Shown: in pieces, positions 10,214 to 21,625 of the stretch
Position numbering within the stretch: the stretch's first letter is position 1
Layout: each line of letters opens with the position of its first letter
Translations under genes and position numbers: made by a program
The notes under the pieces: model-generated
Databases searched by the model: none
What the model was told of the DNA's origin: nothing
The model's input: only the letters and a program-made list of their open reading frames with translations
Assembly (NCBI GenBank): GCA_965247115.1
Contig: CBDFGR010000002.1
Location: forward strand, 992,001-1,056,000
Direction of reading: 5' to 3'
Length of the DNA: 64,000 nt
Source: Myxococcota bacterium
GTDB taxonomy: Bacteria; Myxococcota_A; UBA9160; SZUA-336

Positions 10214-11230
10214 CTAGGGCACCAGGACCCCGTCGAGAATGACCTGGATCAGGTCGTCAGACGTCTTTCCCTCTGCCTCTGCTTCATACGTTGGTACGAT
10301 CCGATGGCGGAGCACGTCGGGAGCGAGGGACTTCACGTCGTGCGGCGTCGCGTAGTCCCGACCCTGCAAGAACGCGCTGACCTTCGCGCCCTTCATCAGG
10401 CTGATCGAGGCGCGCGGGCTCGCCCCGAGCTCGATCATATCCTCGAGTGACGGGAGCTCGGCTTCGCCAGGATTGCGCGTCGCCTGGACGAGCTCGACGA
10501 TGTAGTCGCGTACCTTATCGTCTACGAAGACCGCATCCACCAGCTCACGTGCCGCCAGGATCTGCTCCGGGCTGGTGACCTTTTCCACCTCCGGCAAAGG
10601 GCGGCCACTCGCCATGCGCTCGACGATCTTTCGTTCCTCGTCGCGAGAGGGGTAGTCAACCCTCACCTTCAGCATGAAGCGATCCACCTGCGCCTCGGGC
10701 AGCGGGTAGGTCCCCTCCTGCTCGATCGGGTTCTGCGTGGCGAGCACCAGGAAGGGATCCTCGAGCGGATAGCTGCGCCCGCCGATCGTGGCTTGCTTCT
10801 CCTGCATCGCCTCGAGCAAGGCGGACTGAACTTTGGCAGGCGCACGGTTGATCTCGTCGGCCAGAATCAGGTTCGAGAAGATCGGGCCCTGCTTGACGCT
10901 GTACGTCGCGTCTCGCGGATTGAAGACCTCCGTGCCAATCACGTCCGCGGGCAACATGTCGGGCGTGAACTGGATGCGGGAGAAGCCCGTGTCGATGGCC
11001 TGCGCGAGCGAGCGCACCGCAAGCGTCTTGGCCAGTCCCGGCACCCCCTCGAGCAGAATGTGACCACCTGCGAGCAGACCGGTGAGCAGACGGGTGACCA
11101 TCGCCTCCTGACCAACCAGAACCTTGCTCACCTCTGCGGTCAGCCGGCGAGCCAGGTCCGCGTGGGCTTCGATCTGACTGCTGAGCTGGGTCGCCTCCAA
11201 CGCTCCTCTCCTGCTCGACTGGAGCCCCAC
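10214..11230 (-). CDS. MoxR family AAA+ ATPase
   Basis: Walker A GVPGLAKT, RIQFTPD, Walker B ADEINR, ATQNPIEQEGTYPLPEAQVDRF. Confidence 0.95.
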   Translation of the reverse strand: MGLQSSRRGALEATQLSSQIEAHADLARRLTAEVSKVLVGQEAMVTRLLTGLLAGGHILLEGVPGLAKTLAVRSLAQAIDTGFSRIQFTPDMLPADVIGTEVFNPRDATYSVKQGPIFSNLILADEINRAPAKVQSALLEAMQEKQATIGGRSYPLEDPFLVLATQNPIEQEGTYPLPEAQVDRFMLKVRVDYPSRDEERKIVERMASGRPLPEVEKVTSPEQILAARELVDAVFVDDKVRDYIVELVQATRNPGEAELPSLEDMIELGASPRASISLMKGAKVSAFLQGRDYATPHDVKSLAPDVLRHRIVPTYEAEAEGKTSDDLIQVILDGVLVP

Positions 11231-11348
11231 GGATGAGTGCGGAGTCTACGAAAGTCCGCAGCTGATTCCAGCATCTGGAAAAGGCCGATCGCGTTCACGG
11301 GAGCGCATAGATGTGCGACGTCGCCATGCGCGACAGTCTCGCCTCTCA

Positions 11349-11506
11349 GCAAGCGCGCCGGCCACGCGCCGGATCCCACAAGACGTACTCAAGCCTCCTC
11401 TCTGGCATCCGATCGATAGGAGTGCCCGGAGCAGCAAGCGCGGTGCGCGCAACGAAGGCCGAAGACCTGAGCGGGAAGTCGGGTGGCCGCGGCCGGGTCC
11501 AGCAAG
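11349..11506 (-). repeat. degenerate copies of hairpin repeat module A (internally deleted copy 11349-11384, degenerate copy 11434-11506)
   Basis: 'gcaagcgc...ggatcccacaagac' and 'gcaagcgcggtgcgcgcaacgaaggccgaagacctgagcg...gggtggccgcggccgggtcc' match module A at 13790-13882. Confidence 0.65.
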
Positions 11507-11519
11507 AAGAGGGCTCGCC

Positions 11520-12629
11520 ATGAAAAGACCATCGGTGCTGGTGCTGGACGACGGTGAGCTCGGGCTCGCGCGGGAGCTGCTGGGCGAGCTCGGAGCACGC
11601 TTCGAGCACGTCGAGAGTCCCGAGCTCGACAGCGCGCTGCCGGAGCCCGAGCAGCTGCTCGTAACCACGGCCCAGCGTGCCGAGGCCCACCAGTACCGAC
11701 GCGGCGTCTCGGCGCTCGCACCGCGCGCTGTTTGGATCGTGTTTCTCGCAGGAGACGACCGCCTGGACAGGACACCGCTCCGGCTCAAGGGCTTCGACCT
11801 CCTGGTCCGCGAGCCGGTCCATCCGGTGGCGCTGAGGCTGCTGTTGCTGCGCGCACTCTACTCCGGCCACGACAAGAGGCGCGTGAGACGCGAGGCGTTT
11901 GGGTATCAGGTCGAGTTCCGCAGCGGAAAAGCGACTGGAAGCGGAACCTTGACCGACCTGTCGGCACGCGGCTGCCGTCTATTCACTCAGCAGGCGCCCC
12001 CTAAGGAAGAGAAGGTCTGGGTCCAGATCCCCTGCGAAGTGGCCGGCGGCGAGCCCTTTGAGCTCCCGGGGACGGTTCTGCGCACGGGCCCCGCGACCAC
12101 CGAGGGCGGGGACGAGGGCGACACCTCCGTGGGGATCAGCTTCGAAACGCTCGACGCTGAGCTCCGCAAGCGGCTGCGCGCCGTCCTGATCGAGCGCTCG
12201 AGTGGTCCAGCCGTTCTCCCGACCAGCGAGGGTGGGGAAGCGGAAGACGAGACTGCGAAGGAGCGCGAGCACTCGCGCAGTAGCTACGGCAGTCGGGTCA
12301 TGGCCATGTCAGAGTCGGCGGCGTATGCACTGCTCGGCCTCGACGTCTCGGAGGGTGGCATGCGGGTAGAGGCAAATCCGGATCTTCACGTGGGCGACCA
12401 CCTACGACTGGCGATTCATCCGCGCACAGATCCGTTCCTGGTCGAGGCCATCGTCGTTCGCGACGACGGGGAAAGGGGGCTGGCCCTCCGCTTCGAATGG
12501 GTGGAGCCCGGCGCCGAGCAGAACCTCCGTAGCCTCGTCGAGAGCCTGCCGATGATCGAGGTACTCGATGACGGCGAGCTCAAGCCGAGCATCGTTAGCC
12601 AGATTCTCCCCCGCGGCGACGAGGACTAG
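11520..12629 (+). CDS. tandem PilZ domain protein with degenerate receiver-like N-terminus
   Basis: Two RxxxR + DxSxxG pairs (KRRVRR/DLSARG; REHSR/DVSEGG); AG-rich SD before ATG 11520. Confidence 0.8.
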   Translation: MKRPSVLVLDDGELGLARELLGELGARFEHVESPELDSALPEPEQLLVTTAQRAEAHQYRRGVSALAPRAVWIVFLAGDDRLDRTPLRLKGFDLLVREPVHPVALRLLLLRALYSGHDKRRVRREAFGYQVEFRSGKATGSGTLTDLSARGCRLFTQQAPPKEEKVWVQIPCEVAGGEPFELPGTVLRTGPATTEGGDEGDTSVGISFETLDAELRKRLRAVLIERSSGPAVLPTSEGGEAEDETAKEREHSRSSYGSRVMAMSESAAYALLGLDVSEGGMRVEANPDLHVGDHLRLAIHPRTDPFLVEAIVVRDDGERGLALRFEWVEPGAEQNLRSLVESLPMIEVLDDGELKPSIVSQILPRGDED

Positions 12630-12720
12630 AGCCCGCCCGCCACGCGGCGAGACGCTGCGCGAGCTCGGGGCACGGCGCCCCACTCGCCCATTCTCGATGT
12701 GTCTGCGAAAATGCCCTGGA

Positions 12721-13443
12721 ATGCGACCGCTGTACTCCGCCTGCTTCTGGCTCTTCATGGCCCTGAGCTCCCTCGTCGCGTTCCCCGTCGCAGTGCTGAT
12801 CTGGGCGGTGACCGCCCCCTTCGATCCGAAGAGGATCTGGCTGCACCGCTTCACCTGCGTGTGGGCCTCGCTGTATACGTGGATGAACCCCGCGTGGCTC
12901 GTCGACCTGCGCGGACTGGACAAGATCCGGCGGGACCAGACATACGTGATGGTTTGCAATCACCTGTCCTTGCTGGACATCCTGGTGCTGTTCCGCCTGC
13001 GCACCCACTTCAAGTGGGTCTCCAAGATCGAGAACTTCCGGATTCCCCTCGTTGGCTGGAACATGTCGCTGAACCGCTACATCCGGCTGATCCGCGGCAG
13101 CCGCGCGAGCGCGATCCGCATGATGCGAGAATGCGAGGCCGCGCTCGCCGGCGGAAACTCGATCATGATGTTCCCCGAGGGCACTCGTTCCCCGAACGGG
13201 CGGCTCCGCGCCTTCAAGACAGGGGCCTTCGAGCTCGCCAAGAGCACACAATCGGCCATCCTGCCCATCGCACTCGACGGAACCGCGGATGCCCTGCCCA
13301 AGCGAGGCTTCCTGCTGCGGGGCCGACACGCAATCCGAGTCACCGTCCTGGACGCCATCCCGCCCACCGAGTTTGCAGATCTCTCCGTCTCCGAGCTCAC
13401 CCAGAAAGTCCATGATCTGATCGCCGCCAGGGTCGCCAACTAG
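12721..13443 (+). CDS. plsC: 1-acyl-sn-glycerol-3-phosphate acyltransferase (LPLAT family)
   Basis: NHLSLLD (HX4D) and FPEGTRS motifs. Confidence 0.88.
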   Translation: MRPLYSACFWLFMALSSLVAFPVAVLIWAVTAPFDPKRIWLHRFTCVWASLYTWMNPAWLVDLRGLDKIRRDQTYVMVCNHLSLLDILVLFRLRTHFKWVSKIENFRIPLVGWNMSLNRYIRLIRGSRASAIRMMRECEAALAGGNSIMMFPEGTRSPNGRLRAFKTGAFELAKSTQSAILPIALDGTADALPKRGFLLRGRHAIRVTVLDAIPPTEFADLSVSELTQKVHDLIAARVAN

Positions 13444-13444
13444 A

Positions 13445-13887
13445 CTTGTGGCTTGTGGGACCGGGTCTTGTGGGACCCGGCCGCGGGCGTCCGCGGCCAC
13501 CCACCTCCGCTCAGGGCTTCGCCCTTCGCTGCGCGCGCCGCGTACCGCGGCGCTTGCAGGGAGGTCCCACGGAACGACGGAGGCAAGAAACCGAACTTGG
13601 GGACGGTCCTTAATCCGAACTTATTCGGCGTGAGACAACCGCAGCGATGCCTAGATGAACAAATGTGCCTGAGAGTCCCACCTCAGTGACCAGAGGTTCC
13701 GGCTTCGGCCAAACAAGTTCGGATTGAGGACCGTCCCCAAGTTCGGATTCCGAGGAGAACCGGCAACCTCCTCGGGGGCTTGGCAACTATGCAAGCGCCG
13801 CGGAAGCGGCGCGCGCAGCGAAGGGCGAAGCCCTGAGCGGAGGTGGGTGGCCGCGGACGCCCGCGGCCGGGTCCCACAAGACAAGAC
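13445..13887. repeat. composite nested inverted repeat: A(13465-13558) - B(13591-13622) - 92-bp core - B'(13715-13746) - linker - A'(13790-13882)
   Basis: A and A' are near-perfect reverse complements (~93 bp); B 'ccgaacttggggacggtccttaatccgaactt' and B' differ at one base. Confidence 0.92.
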
Positions 13888-13926
13888 TTGATTCAGTCGG
13901 GTGGCGGAGTGGCCGATGGCACCTGC

Positions 13927-14379
13927 ATGGGGAGGGACTGGGGGTTCTCCATTGGAGCGGTCGTCGTGGGGGGACTTGTCTACCTGCTCTACGTGTCGCC
14001 TCCGAGCTGGAGAGTTCCAGATCCCAGGGATCTACTGACCAGGACCTCCGTGGCGCCGTTGGTGCAGCCGGTCGTCGTGATGGTGGTAGGGACCCCGGAA
14101 AACGTCGAGGTCATGCGTCGCTCCGTCAACAGGGATCGCATCGTGGCGAGCCGCAAGAACTCCTTCGCGCTCGACGAGGGGCGCATCATCGCTGCGAGCG
14201 TCGGCGATGCTGGGGAGTCCGTGACGGCCGCCGGCTGGATCGATCGACCTCTCGAGATTGTCGCGCCGGCCCGGGTGCGGCAGCCTGCCACCGCGCCTGC
14301 TGGGAGTGCACCGCCGAGCATTCACGCCTCCCAGCTCACCCAGGCCCAGGCGATGTCTCTGCTAGACCAGCTGGAGTGA
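13927..14379 (+). CDS. hypothetical membrane-anchored protein
   Basis: ORF with N-terminal hydrophobic helix filling the intergenic space; no recognisable motif. Confidence 0.55.
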   Translation: MGRDWGFSIGAVVVGGLVYLLYVSPPSWRVPDPRDLLTRTSVAPLVQPVVVMVVGTPENVEVMRRSVNRDRIVASRKNSFALDEGRIIAASVGDAGESVTAAGWIDRPLEIVAPARVRQPATAPAGSAPPSIHASQLTQAQAMSLLDQLE

Positions 14380-14394
14380 GTGCGGCGCTGCCGC

Positions 14395-15546
14395 TCAGCT
14401 TGCCTCCTCCGACGGCTTGAGCGCGGAATTGTCCCGAATCCAGTCGATGTTGCCGGCCATCTCCCCCCGCTCCGTTTCGAGAAAGTGCGCCACGGCGTCG
14501 TGCAGCCGCGAGTCCGTCAGAAAGTGGAGGCTCCAGGTGGGCTCGGCGTCGAAACCGCGCAGCTGCTTGTAGTCTCCGCCGGCGCCCGGCTCGAAGCGGG
14601 CCAGGCCGCGCTCAATGCAGTACTCGGCGGCAGCGTAGTAGCAGACGTTGAAGTGGAGGTGACGCAGCTCCCGATCGCAACCCCAGTAGCGCCCGTACAA
14701 GGCGTCTCCCTTCACGACGTTCGTGGTTCCCGCGATCACCCGCTCGGCCTGCCGAGCCACGATGAAGCAGAGCCTCTCGCGAAAGCCCTCGCGCAGGAGC
14801 TCGAAGAAGCGCTCGTTCAGGTACTGGTGGCCCCAGGAGCGGGCGCGGATGGTCGACAGGTAGAAGCGGTACATCGCTGGAAACAGATCGTCGGGGATTT
14901 CGCTGCCCGTGAACATCTCGATCGTGACACCCTGCTCGCGCAGCTGACGGCGTTCGCGCTTGATCTGGTTGCGACGCTTGCTGCGAAAGCGCCCGAGGTA
15001 CGCGTCGAAGTCGGCGTAGTCGTAGTTGCGCCAGTGATACTGCAGGCCCATGCGACGCTGGTAACCCTGCTTCTCGAGCGGCCGGATCTCTTCCGGCTTG
15101 CAGAAATTCACGTGGACTCCCGACAGCTCGTTCTGCTGACAGATCTCTCGCAGCACTGCCCCCAGGGTCTCTATCCAGTGTGCCTTGTCCTGACCCGCGG
15201 CCACCAGAAAGCGCGCGCCGGTGACCGGTGTAAAGGGCACACCGACGAGAAGCTTGGGGTAATAATTGATGCCAGCTCGCTCCGCGGCATCGGCCCAGCC
15301 CCAGTCGAAGACAAACTCTCCCTGGCTGTGACCCTTGGCGTAGAGCGGGCAAGCAGCGACGATCTTACCGTCCTGCTTGGCGATCAGCGGGCGGGGACCC
15401 CAGCCCGTTCTCGGGCCCACCGCACCCGACTGCTCCAGCGAGGCGAGCCAATCCCACTCGAGGAAGGGCGACTCGTCGCCGACGAGCGCGTTCCACTCGT
15501 CGCGCGGCAGCTCGGCTACACCCTCGAGAAGCTCGATCTCCGCCAT
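14395..15546 (-). CDS. FemAB-like / DUF482 GNAT-fold protein
   Basis: 'HSQGEFVFDWGWA', 'YYPKL..VPFTPVTG', 'LYGRYWG', 'LHFNVCYY', 'FEPGAGG..K..RGF' signatures. Confidence 0.88.
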   Translation of the reverse strand: MAEIELLEGVAELPRDEWNALVGDESPFLEWDWLASLEQSGAVGPRTGWGPRPLIAKQDGKIVAACPLYAKGHSQGEFVFDWGWADAAERAGINYYPKLLVGVPFTPVTGARFLVAAGQDKAHWIETLGAVLREICQQNELSGVHVNFCKPEEIRPLEKQGYQRRMGLQYHWRNYDYADFDAYLGRFRSKRRNQIKRERRQLREQGVTIEMFTGSEIPDDLFPAMYRFYLSTIRARSWGHQYLNERFFELLREGFRERLCFIVARQAERVIAGTTNVVKGDALYGRYWGCDRELRHLHFNVCYYAAAEYCIERGLARFEPGAGGDYKQLRGFDAEPTWSLHFLTDSRLHDAVAHFLETERGEMAGNIDWIRDNSALKPSEEAS

Positions 15547-15617
15547 CTCTGCAGAGTCTACCCCGCTGCACCGCTCGCGGCTTTGCCGCACCAGCATGTG
15601 CCTGTATCCTAGGCCCG

Positions 15618-15955
15618 ATGGCAGACAGGCCAAAGCCGCCGCAGCGGCCCCGGGGGGACCCCGAGCGTGAGGGCGGGCTCGCCACGGAGGAGAAGAGAGA
15701 GGTCAAGCGACCCGCGCGCTTCAAGGTCATACTCTTCAATGACAGTTACACGCCGATGGAGTTTGTCGTAGGGTTGCTCGAGCAAGTGTTTCAAAAAGGG
15801 CCTGCAGAGGCGACGCAGCTGATGCTCCAGATTCACAGGGGAGGAAAGGGCGTGGCCGGTGTTTACGTGCTGGAGGTCGCCGAAACGAAGGTCGCCGCCG
15901 TGCACCGGATGGCGGAGGAGCGCGGCTACCCATTGCGCGCGGGAGCGGAGCCAGA

Positions 15956-15959
<4 letters not shown>
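15618..15959 (+). CDS. clpS: ATP-dependent Clp protease adaptor ClpS
   Basis: 'KVILFNDSYTPMEFVV...ML.IH..GKGVAG' motif; directly upstream of clpA. Confidence 0.95.
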
Positions 15960-18208
<2,249 letters not shown>

Positions 18209-18215
18209 CTCTCGT

Positions 18216-19001
18216 CTACTCTTCCGCCCGCTTGGCCTCCCGCCAGAGCTCGAGCGGCTCTTTGGGGGACTTCGACGAGAACTCCTCACCCCGCGTCGCG
18301 AGCGCCTCTTCCATCTGCCGGAAGCGCGTCTCGAATTTCGCATTCGCCGCCCGAATCGCAGTCTCGGGATCGACGCCTAGCTCCGTCGCGACACTGACGC
18401 TGGCAAAGAGAACGTCGCCCAACTCGTCCAGTATGCGAGCGGGATCGGACTCCGTCGCCGCAACGCGGAGCTCGCCCAGCTCCTCCTCGAGCTTCGACAG
18501 GCTCTCCGCAACGCCGGGCCACCGGAAGCCCACCCGACGGGCGCGCCGCTGCAGCTTGGCAGCGCGTGTAAGGGCAGGAAGTCCCAAGGGAATCCCGGCC
18601 AGCGCCGCCGCGGAACCGCCAGCACTGACCGCGCGCTCTGCCGCCTTCATCTCCTCCCACTTCTCTTTCTGCTCTTCGGCGGAGCGCACAACCTCGTCGG
18701 CGAACACGTTGGGGTGCCGTCGGACCAGCTTCCGGCAGATCGCCTCAACGACCTCTTCGAAGCCGAACTTGCCCTCTTCGCTCGCCATCTGGGCGTGGAA
18801 CACGACCTGCAGCAGAAGGTCTCCGAGCTCGGCTGGCAGCGCAGACCAGTCAGCTCTGCGGATCGCGTCCTCTACCTCGTAGGCCTCTTCGATGGTGTAG
18901 GGAGCGATCGTTTCGAAGGTCTGCTCCTGATCCCAGGGACAACCCCGCTCGGGATCTCGGAGCTGTGCCATGATCTCCAGGAGCTCTTCAATGTGCGCCA
19001 C
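18216..19001 (-). CDS. mazG: nucleoside triphosphate pyrophosphohydrolase MazG
   Basis: 'LRDPERGCPWD.EQT', 'EEAYE', 'ELGDLL', second 'ELGDVLF'. Confidence 0.95.
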   Translation of the reverse strand: MAHIEELLEIMAQLRDPERGCPWDQEQTFETIAPYTIEEAYEVEDAIRRADWSALPAELGDLLLQVVFHAQMASEEGKFGFEEVVEAICRKLVRRHPNVFADEVVRSAEEQKEKWEEMKAAERAVSAGGSAAALAGIPLGLPALTRAAKLQRRARRVGFRWPGVAESLSKLEEELGELRVAATESDPARILDELGDVLFASVSVATELGVDPETAIRAANAKFETRFRQMEEALATRGEEFSSKSPKEPLELWREAKRAEE

Positions 19002-19040
19002 CCGCGAAGTATAGCCACGTCATGGCTGCACCGATCCTCC

Positions 19041-19781
19041 TCAGCTGAGCTCGTTCGCGACCTGCGGGTACACGCGCTGGAAGGCCTCGGCCATGGTGTC
19101 CGTCTTCAAGCCCAGGTTCGGGGCCGAGTTGCCCCGCGCCTGGACACCGCGGCGCCGCGCCACCTCGGTGTAGTACTGCCATAGGTACTCCTGCGCTTGC
19201 ATCACCTCCATGGCCTCGCGCTTGCGCGGCCATACCTCGGTGATATCGAGCAGCACGTCCGGGCGGAACTGGCACATCTCGGTCTGGTGTGGCTCCATCA
19301 GGAACAGGGGCGGAGCGCCGATCACCTCGCTGTCAGGGTCGTAGCCCGGGGCCTGCGCGATGATCCGCGCCTTCGCCGCTAGCTGGTTCGCCATCACGTG
19401 GTCCATGTTGTAGGGATCGATCGCCGTGTGTGTGATCACCAGCGTCGGCTGCACCTCCCGGTAGAGCTTGACGAGTCGGTCGAGCAGCTCCGGGCTCTCG
19501 TCGAGCGGATAGTCGTTCGCGTCGAAGCAATGGAGCTCACCGCCGAGCGCTGACGCGGCCTCCTCCGCCTCGACACGCCGGGCGATCTTGATCTCTGGCA
19601 GCGTCATCCCCTCACGCCAGAACTTTGCGGACTCGCCGCGCTCGCCGAAGGTCAGACACACCACGGTCGCACGGTGGCCACGGCTCGCGTAGAGCGCGGT
19701 CACGCCGCCCGCGTGCCAGACGAAATCCGCGGCGTGCGCGCTCACGACGAGCAGCGACTCCCGCGCGCTGTCCTGAGTCAT
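19041..19781 (-). CDS. PIG-L family metalloenzyme, GalB (4-oxalomesaconate hydratase)-like
   Basis: 'VVSAHAADFVW.AGG', 'FGERGES', 'DPYNMDH', 'EPHQTE.C.F.PD' as recalled for GalB-type proteins. Confidence 0.75.
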   Translation of the reverse strand: MTQDSARESLLVVSAHAADFVWHAGGVTALYASRGHRATVVCLTFGERGESAKFWREGMTLPEIKIARRVEAEEAASALGGELHCFDANDYPLDESPELLDRLVKLYREVQPTLVITHTAIDPYNMDHVMANQLAAKARIIAQAPGYDPDSEVIGAPPLFLMEPHQTEMCQFRPDVLLDITEVWPRKREAMEVMQAQEYLWQYYTEVARRRGVQARGNSAPNLGLKTDTMAEAFQRVYPQVANELS

Positions 19782-20263
19782 ACCGCGTGCTCCCGCATTT
19801 CCTCGGCCGCACGCTGGATCGCGCGAATCATGCGGGGCTGTGCACCGCAGCGACACAGGTTCTGAGAGAGTGCTCGACACACATCAGCGTCACTCGGATC
19901 GTCGTTCCACGCGAGCAGCGCCGCGGCCGCCATCAGGATGCCGGGAACACAGTAGGCACACTGGGCTGCCTGCTCTTCCAGAAACGCGCGTTGCAAGGGG
20001 TGGAGCGCGGAGCCATTCGCGAGTCCTTCGACGGTCTGGACCTCGCGTTCTCCCACCTGACCCAGCGGTAGCGTACAGGAGTGAACGGCCTCGCCCCCGA
20101 CAATCACGGTACAGGACCCGCACTGCTCGAGGCCACAGCCAAACTTCGCCGCGAGGAGCCCTAGATCGTTGCGGAGCACGTAGAGGAGTGGTGTCGCCGC
20201 GTCCACTTCAACGGCACGATCCTCACCGTTCACGCGCAGCTCGATCGCTTCGGCCTGTGGCAC
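19778..20263 (-). CDS. [2Fe-2S]-binding small subunit of molybdenum hydroxylase family (CoxS/IorA/NicA-like)
   Basis: 'KFGCGLEQCGSC', 'AQCAYC', 'NLCRCG' cysteine motifs. Confidence 0.9.
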   Translation of the reverse strand: MPQAEAIELRVNGEDRAVEVDAATPLLYVLRNDLGLLAAKFGCGLEQCGSCTVIVGGEAVHSCTLPLGQVGEREVQTVEGLANGSALHPLQRAFLEEQAAQCAYCVPGILMAAAALLAWNDDPSDADVCRALSQNLCRCGAQPRMIRAIQRAAEEMREHAV

Positions 20264-20451
20264 CCGCGAATTCTACACGCCGAACGAGCAGAGGGTCGAG
20301 GTGCTCAGGCATCCCTCGACCCGGCGCAAAGGGGCCGCGGTGGGGAGTGGGAAGTCGGCGAGCCCACGCCGGTATACTGCGAGGCGCAGGAGAGAGCAAC
20401 GATGAGCAAGCGACGTCCCCAGCCTGGTCATTTACGAGAACGGCTAGCGGA

Positions 20452-21621
20452 GTGGACGCGCTAGAGCTCCTAGAACGAACGCGCAAGCTGCTGCCACAGC
20501 TGGGGGCGCGTGCGGCGGAGACGGAGCAGCTGCGGCGCGTCCCCGAGGACACCGTGGCCGCGCTCCACCAGGCGGGCCTGATGCGCGCGCTCCAGCCCCG
20601 GTCGTGGGGAGGTCTCGAGCTCGATCCGCTGGGCTTTTACGAGGCCACCGCGGAGGTTGCAGCCGCCTGCCCCTCCACCGGTTGGGTGCTCGCGGTGCTC
20701 GGCGTCCACCCATGGCAGCTGGCCCTGTTCCCCGAGCAGGCGCAGCGAGATGTCTGGGAGGAGGACCCCGACACGGCGATCAGCTCCTCGTACGCGCCCA
20801 CGGGAAGCGTCGAGCCCATCGCCGGCGGGTTCCGCATTCGAGGCCGCTGGTCCTTCTCGAGCGGTTGCGACGCCTGCACCTGGGTCTTCCTTGGCGGCTT
20901 CGTCCCGAACGCCGACGGATCCCGCGACATGCGGACATTCCTGCTGCCCCACAGCGACTACACGATCGACGATACCTGGCACGTCGCGGGTCTGGCCGGA
21001 ACCGGGAGCAAGGACATCGTCGTGGACGATGCCTTCGTTCCCGAGCACCGCACGCACCGCTTCCTCGACGCGTTCCAGCTGCGGAATCCCGGGCGGACCG
21101 CGAACCCCGGCCCGCTCTACCGGCTACCGTGGGGCTGCGTGTTCGCTTGGGGCCTCGTCGGGCCGGCCATCGGGGCCGCTCAGGGTGCGCTCGATGCCTA
21201 CCGCGAGCAGATGTGCGAGAAGCGCTCGGCCTATTCACGCGGGACGGTGGCGGAGGATCCTTTTGCGCAGGTGCACCTCGCGGAGACAGCAGGAGAGATC
21301 GCAGCGTCGCGGAGCGAGATGCGCGAGCTGTGGGGCCGAATGACGACCCTGGTCCACGATGGGACGGAGATCCCGATGGAGCTCCGCGTGCGCACGCGCT
21401 TCGCCGCCGCAAACGCGGTCGCGCGCAGCGTCCGCGCCGTAGACCGCCTGTTCGAGGCGGCTGGCGGCCATGCCATCTACCTGGACAACCCGCTCCAGCG
21501 CTTCTTCCGCGACGTCCACGCCATGCGCGCCCACGCCATCAACAACCTGGACCGCGCCGCCCGCCTCTTCGGCCACTACCAGCTCCGCCCGAACGACCCC
21601 CCATCCGACGTGTTTCTGTAG
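20452..21621 (+). CDS. two-component flavin-dependent monooxygenase, oxygenase subunit (HsaA-like)
   Basis: 'LQPRSWGG', 'STGWV...GVHPWQLALF', 'SSSYAP', 'WSFSSG', 'GLAGTGS', 'LQRFFRD.H'. Confidence 0.85.
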   Translation: MDALELLERTRKLLPQLGARAAETEQLRRVPEDTVAALHQAGLMRALQPRSWGGLELDPLGFYEATAEVAAACPSTGWVLAVLGVHPWQLALFPEQAQRDVWEEDPDTAISSSYAPTGSVEPIAGGFRIRGRWSFSSGCDACTWVFLGGFVPNADGSRDMRTFLLPHSDYTIDDTWHVAGLAGTGSKDIVVDDAFVPEHRTHRFLDAFQLRNPGRTANPGPLYRLPWGCVFAWGLVGPAIGAAQGALDAYREQMCEKRSAYSRGTVAEDPFAQVHLAETAGEIAASRSEMRELWGRMTTLVHDGTEIPMELRVRTRFAAANAVARSVRAVDRLFEAAGGHAIYLDNPLQRFFRDVHAMRAHAINNLDRAARLFGHYQLRPNDPPSDVFL

Positions 21622-21625
21622 CGGA

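Noticed and set aside
13591..13746. 32-bp module B as a CRISPR repeat
   Set aside because: Copies are inverted or dispersed, the intervening core is conserved rather than unique, and no cas genes are present
13448..13884. Short ORFs such as 'CGTRPRASAATHLRSGLRPSLRAP' recurring at several loci
   Set aside because: They are translations of repeat module A, with no consistent start, stop or frame
21481..21621. C-rich, G-poor 3' end of the HsaA-like gene
   Set aside because: No adjacent repeat and no A excess; compatible with ordinary codon bias or a Rho rut site at convergent genes
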